64,000 nt of DNA, taken from NCBI GenBank assembly GCA_022340775.1, contig JAJDNH010000087.1, positions 23,440 through 87,439 on the forward strand, given 5' to 3'. The translations under genes were made by a program, and so were the position numbers. Positions 34,963 to 43,645 of this stretch are shown here, one piece after another. Each line of letters starts with the position of its first letter. Position 1 is the first letter of the stretch. This stretch comes from Acidobacteriota bacterium (lineage in GTDB: Bacteria; Acidobacteriota; Thermoanaerobaculia; Thermoanaerobaculales; Sulfomarinibacteraceae). The notes beneath the pieces are model-generated. The model did not search any database. It saw only the letters and a program-made list of their open reading frames with translations, and was not told the DNA's origin.

Positions 34963-35047
34963 CTCAATACGTCACCGAACTTCCGTATCGGTGTACTAGT
35001 CGACGCTGGGGTGAGCCCGCGAACGCCCATCGGAAGCGCGGGATGCG

Positions 35048-35093
35048 GCGACGGCCGGGTGGTTTGACAACGCCGGGCCGTGTCGCTAGCTTT
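35048..35093 (+). terminator. Hairpin plus short T-run; possible native atp-operon terminator displaced by the IS
   Basis: GCGACGGCCGGG-tggtttgacaacg-CCGGGCCGTGTCGC is an imperfect stem. It is followed by tagcTTTggg, about 90 nt after the right IS end. Confidence 0.3.
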
Positions 35094-35156
35094 GGGTGAG
35101 ATTTCCGCACGGCGCCCGCGTACTCTCGACGGCGGCGCAAACTCAGGGGATGGAGG

Positions 35157-36503
35157 TTGAGTCCGGTGACGGTGAACCGTGGCCAGTGGAGCTCCCAGGT
35201 CGGCTTCGTCCTCGCCGCGGCCGGCTCGGCCGTGGGTCTCGGCAACATCTGGCGCTTTCCCTACATGACCGGGGAGAACGGCGGCGGCGCCTTTCTCCTC
35301 GTCTACCTGCTGTGCGTCATCTGCTTCGGGCTGCCGGTGATGCTGCTCGAGATCAGCCTCGGTCGCGCCACCCAGCGCAACCCGGTCGGTGCGATCGAAA
35401 AGGTGGCGCCGAGGAGTAGCTGGCGGGCGCTGGGCTTCCTGGCCCTGCTGACCGGGCTGTGCATTCTCTCCTACTACTCGGTCATCGCGGGCAAGGTGCT
35501 CGCATTCGGTGCCCTGTACGCGCGCAGCCTGGTGACGGGAGGGACGGTCACCTACACCGGCGTCACCCCGGAAGTGCTGTTCTACTTTGCGGTATTCATG
35601 GTCCTCACCGTGCTGGTGGTCGTCGGCGGCGTCCAGCGCGGCATCGAGCGCTGGGCCAAGATCCTGATGCCGCTGCTGCTGGTGACGATGATCGCGATCA
35701 TCGTCCGCGGCCTGTTCCTGCCCGGCGCTATGGCCGGCGTGCGCTGGTTCCTGACCCCGGACTTCTCGAAGATCACGCTGACGGTCGTCCTCAACGCCAT
35801 GGCACAGGCGTTCTTCTCGCTCTCACTCGGGATGGGGGCGATGCTGACCTACGGCTCCTACCTCTCGAAACACCAGGACATCCTTCGCTGCGGCGTCTGG
35901 GTCGTGGTCTTCGACACGCTGGTCGCAGTCCTTGCCGGCTTCATGATCTTCCCGGCGGTGTTCGCTCTCGGTGGGAACCCTGCGGCGGGCTCCACCCTGA
36001 TCTTCGAGGTCCTGCCGCGCGTGTTCGGGAGCATGGCCGGCGGCGGACTGGTCGCCGTGGTCTTCTTCTTCCTCCTGTGCGTGGCCGCGCTGACCTCGAC
36101 GGTGTCGTTGCTGGAGGTCGTCACCGCGTACTTCGTCGACGAGCTGTCCTGGTCGCGGGCGCGCACGGTGTGGTCGGTTGGTATCGCTGCAATCGTGGTC
36201 GGGATTCCGTCAGCGCTCGCGCTGGCGGGGATCACCCCCTGGTCAACCGTGCACCTGTTCGGGCGCGAGGGTTTTCTCGATGCCATGGACTTCCTGTGGG
36301 GAAACCTGTCCCTCGCGGTGGGCTCGCTTCTGTTGTGCGTCTTCGTCATCTCACGCTGGGGTCTGAAACGCGCTGCCGACGAGATCGAGAGCAGCTCGCG
36401 CCGGTTCCGGAGTTTGCGCGGGGTGTGGATCTTCTTCGTGCGCTGGGTGTGCCCAATCTCGATCGCGATTATCCTTGCCGCCAAGGTGATCGGGTGGTCG
36501 TGA
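35157..36503 (+). CDS. Sodium-dependent transporter, neurotransmitter:sodium symporter (SNF/NSS) family
   Basis: 448 aa. Signature WSSQVGFVLAAAGSAVGLGNIWRFPYMTGENGGGAFLLVYL, with about 11-12 TM helices. Start is uncertain: TTG 35157, while GTG 35166 has better spacing from GGAGG. Confidence 0.88.
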   Translation: MSPVTVNRGQWSSQVGFVLAAAGSAVGLGNIWRFPYMTGENGGGAFLLVYLLCVICFGLPVMLLEISLGRATQRNPVGAIEKVAPRSSWRALGFLALLTGLCILSYYSVIAGKVLAFGALYARSLVTGGTVTYTGVTPEVLFYFAVFMVLTVLVVVGGVQRGIERWAKILMPLLLVTMIAIIVRGLFLPGAMAGVRWFLTPDFSKITLTVVLNAMAQAFFSLSLGMGAMLTYGSYLSKHQDILRCGVWVVVFDTLVAVLAGFMIFPAVFALGGNPAAGSTLIFEVLPRVFGSMAGGGLVAVVFFFLLCVAALTSTVSLLEVVTAYFVDELSWSRARTVWSVGIAAIVVGIPSALALAGITPWSTVHLFGREGFLDAMDFLWGNLSLAVGSLLLCVFVISRWGLKRAADEIESSSRRFRSLRGVWIFFVRWVCPISIAIILAAKVIGWS

Positions 36504-36519
36504 GGTAGGTAGAATCCGG

Positions 36520-36548
36520 TTGCCTTTGCCGAGAGCTTGGGCTACACT
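36520..36548 (+). promoter_or_regulatory. Sigma70-type promoter candidate for tRNA-Pro
   Basis: TTGCCT (36520-36525), a 17-nt spacer, then TACACT (36543-36548). It ends 10 nt before the tRNA 5' end. Confidence 0.5.
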
Positions 36549-36558
36549 TGCGCGCCGT

Positions 36559-36635
36559 CGGGGCGTAGCTCAGCTTGGCAGAGCGCACGGTTCGGGACCG
36601 TGAGGCCGGTGGTTCAAATCCACTCGCCCCGACCA
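36559..36635 (+). tRNA. tRNA-Pro (anticodon CGG)
   Basis: Cloverleaf folded by hand. Acceptor CGGGGCG/CGCCCCG, D-arm GCTC/GAGC, anticodon stem CACGG/CCGTG with loop TTCGGGA, T-arm GGTGG-TTCAAAT-CCACT. Discriminator A and encoded CCA. Confidence 0.92.
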
Positions 36636-36711
36636 TCCTCGTTCCCGCACTGCGTACCGGCGGAGATCGCCCCGGTTGACCGGGCGCCGCGACCTCAGCT
36701 ACGGTGGCGCC

Positions 36712-37338
36712 ATGCAGCCCACACGTGCACCGCTGACGGAGCGCCAGCTTGCGGTGCTTGACTTTATCGCCGCGAGCCTTGCTGCGCGTGGCGTGGCGCC
36801 GACCCTCCAGGAGATCGCCGACGCCTTCGCCTTTTCCAGCACCGCCAGCGCTCAGAAGCACGTGAACCAGCTGGTTCAGAAAGGGTACCTGCTGCGCGAG
36901 CGGCACCGGAAGCGCGGCCTGGTGCCGGTTACCGAGACCGCCGACGACCGTCACCAGGGAGTCTCACTGCCGCTCCTCGGGGTCGTCGCAGCCGGGCAGC
37001 CGATCGAGGCGCTCCCGGACCCACAGCCGGTGGTCGTGCCTGCCGTGATGGTCGGTGCCGGCGAGCACTATGTGCTGCGCGTACGGGGAGATTCGATGGT
37101 CGGTGACGGTATCCTCGACGGCGATCTCGTCGTCGTCCAGGCTCGTCGCCGTGCCCGCGATGGCGAGACCGTGGTGGCGTTGGTCGACGGGGAGGTGACC
37201 CTCAAGCGGGTGTACTACGGTCGGGACGGTACGGTGCGGCTCCAGCCCGCAAACCCGGCGATGACCCCAATCCGCGTGGTGGCCGACCGAGTCGAAGTCC
37301 AAGGCGTCCTGGTAGCGCTCCTCCGCCGGTTCACCTGA
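36712..37338 (+). CDS. lexA: LexA repressor
   Basis: Start trimmed to ATG 36712. LTERQLAVLDFIAASLAARGVAPTLQEIADAF (winged HTH). VAAGQPIEA cleavage site. Ser/Lys dyad context VRGDSMVGDGILDGD...TLKRV. Confidence 0.93.
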   Translation: MQPTRAPLTERQLAVLDFIAASLAARGVAPTLQEIADAFAFSSTASAQKHVNQLVQKGYLLRERHRKRGLVPVTETADDRHQGVSLPLLGVVAAGQPIEALPDPQPVVVPAVMVGAGEHYVLRVRGDSMVGDGILDGDLVVVQARRRARDGETVVALVDGEVTLKRVYYGRDGTVRLQPANPAMTPIRVVADRVEVQGVLVALLRRFT

Positions 37339-37409
37339 TCCTCCGGCTGTCCCCCCGATCCTGTCTTCACGATCTTGACTGGCCGCGGCGTTTCCGCTAG
37401 CTTCTCAAC

Positions 37410-37787
37410 ATGAGCGACCTCGAGCCCATCTCGCTGATCTTGACCTCCGTTGGTACCGAGCAGCAGGCGGTCGAGATCTCCGAAGAGCTCATCCTCCGGC
37501 GACTCGCGACGTGCGTCAACATGGTCCCCTGCCAGCGGTCGATCTACCGTTGGAAGGGCAAGGTTTGCGAGGATACGGAGTACATCCTCCTCGTCAAGGC
37601 GCCGACCAGTCTCTTCGAGCGCGTGTGCGACGCCATCCGTGAGCTCCACTCCTACGAGTTGCCGGAGATCCTCTCGTTCTCGATCGACCAGGCGGAGAAG
37701 ACCTTCCACGAGTGGATCCTCCGCATGGCCACCGGCGCCTCCGCCGACGAGGAGGAGGCCGAGGCCGAAGAACCCGTCGAGTACTAG
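37410..37787 (+). CDS. cutA: Divalent-cation tolerance protein CutA
   Basis: 125 aa. ...LATCVNMVPCQRSIYRWKGKVCEDTEYILLVKA...HSYELPEI..., the CutA1 pattern, plus an acidic C-tail. Confidence 0.85.
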   Translation: MSDLEPISLILTSVGTEQQAVEISEELILRRLATCVNMVPCQRSIYRWKGKVCEDTEYILLVKAPTSLFERVCDAIRELHSYELPEILSFSIDQAEKTFHEWILRMATGASADEEEAEAEEPVEY

Positions 37788-37839
37788 AGACCCGGCCGAC
37801 GGCCATCTTTCAGAACTGAGGTGCTGAGCGGGGGCCCGG

Positions 37840-38487
37840 TTACTTTGCCGGCTCTGCCGGAGGATTCGGGAGCACCTTGGCGCTCTCGATCACGATCGTC
37901 TTGGTCGGAACGTCCCGGAACGGGAACTGTCGTCCGGAATGCGGGTCCTTGACCATCTTGGTCTCGGTCGGCGTCGCCGCGATCGCATCGACGACGTCCA
38001 TTCCCTCGACGACATGGCCGAACACGCAGTATCCGAAGCCCCCAGGCGTGCTGTCGCGGTGGTCGAGGAATCCGTTGTCGACCAGATTGATGAAGAACTG
38101 GGCGGTTGCCGAATCAACTTGGCCGGTACGGGCCATGGCGACCGTGCCGCGGAGGTTCTTGAGCCCGTTCGCGGCCTCGTTGCGGATCGGGGGCTGGGTG
38201 GCTTTCTGCTTCATGTCGGACGTGAAGCCCCCTCCCTGGACCATGAACCCCGGGATCACCCGGTGGAAGATGGTGCCGTCGTAGAAGCCGGACTTGACGT
38301 AGGCCAGGAAGTTGTCGACGGTCTTCGGCGCGTGCTCTCGGTCGAGCTCGATGACCACCAGGCCCTTGCTGGTCTTCAACTCGACCCGTGGGTTGACGTT
38401 CGTGCTCATGGCTGCTCCTTCCTGCGAGCTGGCGACGGCAGCCACTCCGAGTACGAGAACCGCCGCGAGTAGGTGTTTCATCCTCAT
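37840..38487 (-). CDS. Peptidyl-prolyl cis-trans isomerase, cyclophilin type (secreted)
   Basis: 215 aa. Signal peptide [21 protein letters not shown]. Cyclophilin core [15 protein letters not shown]...GTVAMAR...[19 protein letters not shown]. Confidence 0.9.
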   Translation of the reverse strand: MRMKHLLAAVLVLGVAAVASSQEGAAMSTNVNPRVELKTSKGLVVIELDREHAPKTVDNFLAYVKSGFYDGTIFHRVIPGFMVQGGGFTSDMKQKATQPPIRNEAANGLKNLRGTVAMARTGQVDSATAQFFINLVDNGFLDHRDSTPGGFGYCVFGHVVEGMDVVDAIAATPTETKMVKDPHSGRQFPFRDVPTKTIVIESAKVLPNPPAEPAK

Positions 38488-38555
38488 TCCCCTTCTGAGC
38501 TCCAGGCCGCGGGCCCGGACCTCCCCGTGAGCTGGTTGTATATAATACTCGACCT

Positions 38556-39011
38556 GTGGTGTGCCCCACGCCCCTCACTGCTTCCCTCGTGCTGTCGAGT
38601 CGCTTCGAGAATATCGAGGTCGCCGAACGCGTGCTGAGGGATCTGTGCGAGCGCGCGGGCTGCGACGAAGACGACCTGCGGCCGTTGCTGAGTGCCCTGT
38701 GGGAAGCCCTGGCCAACGCGATCCGACATGGCAACCGGCGCCAGGTGGACCGCAGGGTACTCGTGGAGTACTCGGTCGATGGCAACGCAGCGGTCATCAC
38801 GGTTCACGACCAGGGCGAAGGTTTCGATCCCGAGGCCGTACCGGATCCCACCGCCCCCGAGAACTTGCTGCGACCGAGTGGCCGCGGTATTTTCTTCATG
38901 AAACAGCTGATGGACCGGGTGGAGTTCACCTCTCCCCCAGCGGGCGGCACCTGTGTGACGATGCGGCGCCGCCTGAACGCAACCGCGAGGAGTACCGACA
39001 ATGAAGAGTGA
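38556..39011 (+). CDS. Anti-sigma regulatory factor / Ser-Thr protein kinase (RsbW/SpoIIAB-like, HATPase_c_2)
   Basis: ...[16 protein letters not shown] (N-box)...[13 protein letters not shown]...[16 protein letters not shown] (G-boxes). GTG start lies 10 nt after a TATAAT at 38541-38546. An alternative start is GTG 38589. Confidence 0.75.
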   Translation: MVCPTPLTASLVLSSRFENIEVAERVLRDLCERAGCDEDDLRPLLSALWEALANAIRHGNRRQVDRRVLVEYSVDGNAAVITVHDQGEGFDPEAVPDPTAPENLLRPSGRGIFFMKQLMDRVEFTSPPAGGTCVTMRRRLNATARSTDNEE

Positions 39012-39339
39012 AGTTCAGGATCAGGCCGACATCCGCGTCATCAGGCTCTCCGGCAAGATCACGATCGGTGCCGGCGATGTCAAGCTGCGTGAGTTGATCC
39101 GCGACGCCCTCGAGAGTGGCCGCACCAAGATCCTCCTCGACCTCGCCAAGGTATCGGCGATGGACTCCTCGGGGATCGGCGAAATGGTGGCGGCGTACAC
39201 CACGGTCAGGAAGCGTGACGGCCAGCTCAAGCTTCTCAACCTGTCTCCGAAGATCAACGATATCCTGCAGGTGACACAGCTGATCACCGTGTTCGATGTC
39301 TTCGATGACTCGGAGGAGGCGATGGCATCCTTCGCGTGA
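39001..39339 (+). CDS. STAS-domain anti-sigma-factor antagonist (RsbV/SpoIIAA-like)
   Basis: 112 aa. ...ILLDLAKVSAMDSSGIGEMVAAY (phosphorylatable Ser context DSSGIG)...LKLLNLSPKINDILQVTQL. Overlaps the kinase gene by 11 nt. Confidence 0.85.
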   Translation: MKSEVQDQADIRVIRLSGKITIGAGDVKLRELIRDALESGRTKILLDLAKVSAMDSSGIGEMVAAYTTVRKRDGQLKLLNLSPKINDILQVTQLITVFDVFDDSEEAMASFA

Positions 39340-39411
39340 GCGCCGGCGGCGGCTGTGCGCCGGTCGTGGGTGGCCGGCGTGGCCGACCGATGACGATCTA
39401 GGACTGTCGCC

Positions 39412-40287
39412 ATGGCACACGGCGAGCCACTTCCGTGGGACGGCTTCCAGAGGGAGGTCGACGAGACGCTGCGATCGGTGGCCGCGGGAGAGGTAGCATC
39501 CGGTGGCGTTGATGCTGCCTGGCGGGAGGCGCTGCTGTCGCCCGGCAAGCGCGTGCGGCCGATCCTGATGTTGCTGGTGGCCGGGATGTTCTCGGTGCCC
39601 AGGCGTCGGGTCTTGCCGCTGGCAGTCATCGTGGAGATGGTCCACGCCGCGTCCCTGGTGCTCGACGACCTTCCCTGCATGGACGACGCCGACACCCGGC
39701 GAGGACGGCCGAGCCTTCACAAGACCCACGGCGAAGCGGTTGCCACGCTGGCGTCCTTCGAGTTGCTCAGTCGTGCCCATGCCCGGCTGCCTGCAGCATG
39801 TGCGGTCGCACGCCTTCCACGGCGACGGTGGGCCGCGCTCGGCGATGAGCTGGCCCACGTCGTGGAGCAGTTGTGCCGGGGCCAGGCGCTCGACCTGGCC
39901 GGCACGGCGGAGGCCGTCGACGAGCTGGAGCGTGTGCATGCACAGAAAACCGGCTCGCTGTTCGTGCTGTCGGCTCGGTGGGGCGCTCTGGCGGGGCGTC
40001 CTTCGAGCGTCGAGCTCGATGCCGTTGAGGACTATGCGCGCAACCTCGGCCTTGCCTTCCAGGTGATGGATGACGTGCTCGACTGCGTGGGTGACGCGGG
40101 CCGTCTCGGAAAGCCGGTCGGCCAGGATGCGTCGCGAGCGACGTTCGTCGATCTGCTCGGCCTCGACGGCGCACGTCGTCTCGCCGACGAGCTGACTGCC
40201 ACAGCGGTCCACTGCCTGGCCCCGTTTGGGCGGCGGGGCGCCGAGCTCGAGACCCTGGCTCGGGAAGTTGTGTCCCGTGTCCGGTGA
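39412..40287 (+). CDS. Polyprenyl diphosphate synthase, CrtE-like (probable geranylgeranyl diphosphate synthase)
   Basis: 291 aa. First Asp-rich motif VEMVHAASLVLDDLPCMDDADTRRGRPSLH. From memory this closely resembles Pantoea CrtE (VHAASLILDDMPCMDDAKLRRGRPT), with small residues before the motif. Second motif GLAFQVMDDVLD. Confidence 0.8.
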   Translation: MAHGEPLPWDGFQREVDETLRSVAAGEVASGGVDAAWREALLSPGKRVRPILMLLVAGMFSVPRRRVLPLAVIVEMVHAASLVLDDLPCMDDADTRRGRPSLHKTHGEAVATLASFELLSRAHARLPAACAVARLPRRRWAALGDELAHVVEQLCRGQALDLAGTAEAVDELERVHAQKTGSLFVLSARWGALAGRPSSVELDAVEDYARNLGLAFQVMDDVLDCVGDAGRLGKPVGQDASRATFVDLLGLDGARRLADELTATAVHCLAPFGRRGAELETLAREVVSRVR

Positions 40288-41944
40288 GCCCCAGAGGTGG
40301 GACGAGGCGGTCCACGCGCTGCGCGAGCGCGGCTATCTCGGTCGTGGCGGAGCCGCACCGGCCGGCGGCTGGCGGCGGTTCGCTGCGCTCGGCTGGCTTG
40401 CCGGCGGTGTGGCCCTGGCCGTGGTCTCCGCGGTTCCGGTGGCCGCTGCACCGCCCTCGGCGTGGGCCGTCACCGTCAGCCTGGTCCTGCCGATCGTCGT
40501 GCTCGTCCTCGTCATGTTGGTGCCGCTGCTGCTGCTCGCGGCTTCGCGGGCCCATCGTGCGGGGCTCGGCGTCGGCAGTGTCGCCGCAACAGAGGCGATC
40601 CTGGTCGGAGTCGGCGTCGCGGCGGCCTGGCTCACGGCGGTGGCGGAGCCACCGCAGGTGGTCTCCGGCTGGCGGCTGACATGGGCCGTGATCGCCGGAC
40701 TGGGCGCAGTTTTCCTCACCGTCCGCGGCGTCGGACGCACGGTAGCGGGCTCGCTGCTGCACATGCGAGCCGCACCGGCAGGGCCGGCACCTCGGCTACG
40801 TACGGTCTCCGCCGTGACGCTTGCCGCGGCCGTCGTGCTTGCCGCGGTGAGTCAACTCGGTGGCGGCCACACCCGAGCCGATGGCGGGCCGGGAGCTCTC
40901 CAAGTGCGTCCGGCATGGCGGCCGGTGGCGGTCATCGGGATTGATGGTCCGACGCGCGATGAGGTGCTCCTGCTGGCACAGCAGAATGCGCGCCTCGCAG
41001 AGATGCGAGACTGGTCCTGGGCGCGGATAGAGCTCGGTGGCGAAGGCCGGTCGCTGCCGGTGCACTGGATCACGATCGCGACCGGCGTGTCCCCCCAAGA
41101 GCATGGTGTGACCACGCTGCGGCAGGTGCACGTCGTCGCCGCCAACCGTGATCTCCTGCTGTCCCCGGCTCTCGACCGCCTGATCGTCGCCGTGTGGGGC
41201 AAGCTCGGGGTGGTGCAAGAGCGGACTGTGCCGGCGGCGTACCGCCGCGCACCGACCGTGTGGGAGATGGCGGCGCGCGCAGGCGCGGCGGTGCGGATCG
41301 CCGGATGGTGGGGCAGCTTCCCTCCCCGCCGCGTACGCGGTGTGGTGGCTTCGGAACGCTGGTTGTTCACCGGCAACCGGAACCGAGACACCGTCTATCC
41401 ACCGGACGCAGCGGGCGTGCCGTCGGGCGGAGGGATCTCAGCGCTCGCCATGGACCGGCGGGCGGTGGCGATGATCGGTGGCGCCGACGCCTCGCAGGAA
41501 CGGCTGGCCATGGCGTACCTCCCGGGTTGGTGGCTGGAGGAAACCAGGGAGCGTCGCCCGCCGTTGCTGGCTGCCGAGGCCCTCCAACCCCACCTCGAGT
41601 TGCTCGGGAGCGCCGTCGAGACCCTGATGGGTAAAGGCTACGAGGTTTGGATCATAGCGCTCGTTCCCAATGGCGGCGGATGGCTGATGTCGTCGGCGGC
41701 GTCCGAAGGGGAAAGGCCACAGCTCCGGCCGCCCGACCTGGTGGCGACGCTGCTCGACGCCCTCGGTCTGCCGCCGGCCCAAACCGTCGGGGGAATCGTC
41801 CGCCGGGACCTCTCCGGGACGTCAGAGCGCCCGGTCCTGGCGGCTGCGGACTACGGAGGTCCGCCGCCGCTCGCCTCACAGACGACCGCCGCCGAGGGAC
41901 GCGAGCAGCTCGAGCTTCTGCGGAACCTCGGCTATCTGCAGTAG
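40277..41944 (+). CDS. Membrane-anchored alkaline-phosphatase-superfamily protein (type I phosphodiesterase/nucleotide pyrophosphatase-like)
   Basis: Start moved to GTG 40277, an 11-nt overlap with the synthase stop. The N-terminal third has several TM helices. Then VAVIGIDGPTRDEV...HWITIATGVSPQEHGV...PTVWEMAARAGAAVRIAGWWGSFPP...VVASERW. This matches the IGIDG / W-T-x-ATG-x-P-x-HG / WW-x-x-P pattern of PF01663-like proteins as I recall it. Confidence 0.55.
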   Translation: MSGEPQRWDEAVHALRERGYLGRGGAAPAGGWRRFAALGWLAGGVALAVVSAVPVAAAPPSAWAVTVSLVLPIVVLVLVMLVPLLLLAASRAHRAGLGVGSVAATEAILVGVGVAAAWLTAVAEPPQVVSGWRLTWAVIAGLGAVFLTVRGVGRTVAGSLLHMRAAPAGPAPRLRTVSAVTLAAAVVLAAVSQLGGGHTRADGGPGALQVRPAWRPVAVIGIDGPTRDEVLLLAQQNARLAEMRDWSWARIELGGEGRSLPVHWITIATGVSPQEHGVTTLRQVHVVAANRDLLLSPALDRLIVAVWGKLGVVQERTVPAAYRRAPTVWEMAARAGAAVRIAGWWGSFPPRRVRGVVASERWLFTGNRNRDTVYPPDAAGVPSGGGISALAMDRRAVAMIGGADASQERLAMAYLPGWWLEETRERRPPLLAAEALQPHLELLGSAVETLMGKGYEVWIIALVPNGGGWLMSSAASEGERPQLRPPDLVATLLDALGLPPAQTVGGIVRRDLSGTSERPVLAAADYGGPPPLASQTTAAEGREQLELLRNLGYLQ

Positions 41945-42004
41945 GAACCTGGCCGGGAGCCTGATTCGACCGCGATCCGCCAGGGCATCGAGCGACTGGG
42001 TGGC

Positions 42005-43069
42005 CTACCTGGGGGAGGAATGAGCAGGGACGATGAGGGTTGCCTCGTGCTCACCGGCCGTCACGCCGGCCAGTCTCGTGCCCGTGAGCAGAGCGCAGGC
42101 GCGGTCCAGTGCCGTTGCTCGGTGGCGCTCGGACGGGACGTTCTTGTCCTCGAGAGCCGGTCTTGCGGCGGCGATCCGGCCGTCGTCTTGGACGGTCATG
42201 TGGAGCGGATACCGGCCGCTGGCAAGATCAGCAGGGAGGCGCACTGCGAGAGCGAAGGCGCGTCCCCCGATCTCCACAGAGGACGCAGCCTGCCGGCCAG
42301 CCGTGCTGCCCGTGGTGACACCCAGCCTCACAAACCCTTTCTCCTCGGACGTCTGCGCAGGTCTTGCCGCGCCCGGCTGGCCAGAGACCGGCTCCGCGCG
42401 AACGCGAGGGGGGAGCGTCGGGCCGGCCTTATTCACTGACTCCTGTTCCTTCACCGATACCTCCTGGCGCCGGGAGACACGGGGAGCACGAGCGTGCTCG
42501 CCCTCCGCGGCGGCCTGCGGCCTAGGAACCGGGCGCGCAGAAGGCTGAGCCGCCTCGCCGCGAGCGCCCTCCGCCCCGCCCATCCGCCTGGCGGCCGGCG
42601 GGGACGGTGCGCGAGAGGCCAGACGATCAACCTCCTGCAGTGGGCCCTCCGGCCTGCTCTGAGCGGTGCTCGCCCGTGAGGGCTCGGCGTGCGCCTCGTC
42701 CTTTGCCTTGGCCTGTTGGGTAGAGCCGGCCGGGCGTGGGATCTGCGGCTGTGAGTGCTGGCTGAGGCGCAGCACGACCGCGGTGCCGATCACGAGGGTG
42801 GCGGCGATGGCCGCGACGCGAAGTGCCGGCCGCAGACGTGGGGCCGGAGGCGACGAGCGCTCGAGGTGGCCGAGCAACCGGTCCAACGCAGACGGCGCCT
42901 GCTCGGAGCTGGCCAACTCCCGGATCGCGTCCCGGATGCGCCGCAACGCGTCAAGCTCCTCCTTCAACGTCTGGTCTGCCGCCAGACGCGTCTCGAGCTC
43001 GCGACGCGCGTCCTGGTCGAGGTCGTCGTCCAGGTAGCGGCTGAGCAGCTCGGTGGTGTCCGGTGTCAT
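42005..43069 (-). CDS. Anti-sigma factor (single-pass membrane protein)
   Basis: 354 aa. N-terminal anti-sigma domain MTPDTTELLSRYLDDDLDQDARRELETRLAADQTLKEELDALRRI. TM helix LRVAAIAATLVIGTAVVL. Pro/Ala-rich linker and a C-terminal domain of unknown type. ATGA-type overlap with the ECF sigma stop. Confidence 0.7.
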   Translation of the reverse strand: MTPDTTELLSRYLDDDLDQDARRELETRLAADQTLKEELDALRRIRDAIRELASSEQAPSALDRLLGHLERSSPPAPRLRPALRVAAIAATLVIGTAVVLRLSQHSQPQIPRPAGSTQQAKAKDEAHAEPSRASTAQSRPEGPLQEVDRLASRAPSPPAARRMGGAEGARGEAAQPSARPVPRPQAAAEGEHARAPRVSRRQEVSVKEQESVNKAGPTLPPRVRAEPVSGQPGAARPAQTSEEKGFVRLGVTTGSTAGRQAASSVEIGGRAFALAVRLPADLASGRYPLHMTVQDDGRIAAARPALEDKNVPSERHRATALDRACALLTGTRLAGVTAGEHEATLIVPAHSSPR

Positions 43070-43611
43070 CGTCTCTCTACCGCCTCCCTCAGTGTTCCCC
43101 TTGCCCGCGCCAGGCGTGAGCGAACGGTTCCGATCGGGATCCCCAGGGTTCGCGAGATCTCGTCATAGCTGAGCCCCTCGGCGTCTCTCAGCCAGATGAC
43201 GGCCCGTTGCTCCTCCGGCAGCCGGTCGAGAGCCGCGTCGACCTGCTCGAGAAGCTCTCCTGCGGCGGCCCGCCTCTCCGGGTCGGGTGCCGGGTCGTGA
43301 ACCTCCACGCCCTCGGCCGGGTCCGTCGAAGCAGTTGGCACCTCGACCAGGTGGAGGGCGCCGCGGCTTCGGCGATGACGCGACCGCAGGCAGTTCCAGG
43401 CCACCTGGAACACCCACGTACTGAGCTTGGAGGCGCCGCGGAAGCCGGGCAGACCCCGCCATACGCGCAGGAAGATCTCCTGGGTCGCATCGAGGGCATC
43501 GTCCTCGGTCCGCGACATGCGCCGTGCCAGACGCCAGACCGGATCCTTGTAGCGAGCATAAACCTCCTGGAACTCCACGTTCCCAGTGTGCCATAGGAGC
43601 TCACCTGCCAC
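43066..43611 (-). CDS. ECF-family RNA polymerase sigma factor (sigma-70 group IV)
   Basis: 181 aa. Region 2 ...DALDATQEIFLRVWRGLPGFRGASKLSTWVFQVAWN. Region 4 ...EEQRAVIWLRDAEGLSYDEISRTLGIPIGTVRSRLARAR. Start is GTG 43611, or GTG 43578. Confidence 0.88.
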   Translation of the reverse strand: MAGELLWHTGNVEFQEVYARYKDPVWRLARRMSRTEDDALDATQEIFLRVWRGLPGFRGASKLSTWVFQVAWNCLRSRHRRSRGALHLVEVPTASTDPAEGVEVHDPAPDPERRAAAGELLEQVDAALDRLPEEQRAVIWLRDAEGLSYDEISRTLGIPIGTVRSRLARARGTLREAVERR

Positions 43612-43619
43612 ACCTCGTG

Positions 43620-43645
43620 AGACTCACGGCGGCGGCAGAAGTTCC
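43620..43645 (-). promoter_or_regulatory. ECF-type promoter candidate (GGAAC-N17-GTCT)
   Basis: The minus strand reads aatGGAACttctgccgccgccgtgaGTCTcacgaggtg, immediately upstream of the sigma gene start. This resembles GGAAC...CGTCT-type autoregulated ECF promoters. The very short distance to GTG 43611 would imply a near-leaderless mRNA or use of the downstream start. Confidence 0.4.

Larger units (their letters stand above)
33746..34996 (+). mobile_element. IS630-family insertion sequence (about 1251 bp) with TA target-site duplication
   Basis: Imperfect terminal inverted repeats. Left end is GTACACGTATTCGCAAGTACAATAACGTAT. The reverse complement of the right end is GTACACCGATACGGAAGTTCGGTGACGTAT. 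About 21 of 30 positions match ungapped. The element is flanked by TA at 33744-33745 and 34997-34998. It carries an HTH ORF plus a DDE ORF typical of IS630/Tc1-mariner. The ends have locally lower GC. Confidence 0.8.

Noticed and set aside
35459-36508. 349-aa ORF in an alternative frame of the NSS transporter gene
   Set aside because: Same strand, shifted frame. The transporter frame carries the diagnostic GLGNIWRFPY motif and TM periodicity.
36636-36711. Searched for an SOS box upstream of lexA
   Set aside because: I found no GAAC-N4-GTTC (Cheo-type), CTGT-N8-ACAG (E. coli-type) or GTTC-N7-GTTC pattern. The LexA-binding motif of this lineage is unknown to me, so nothing is called.
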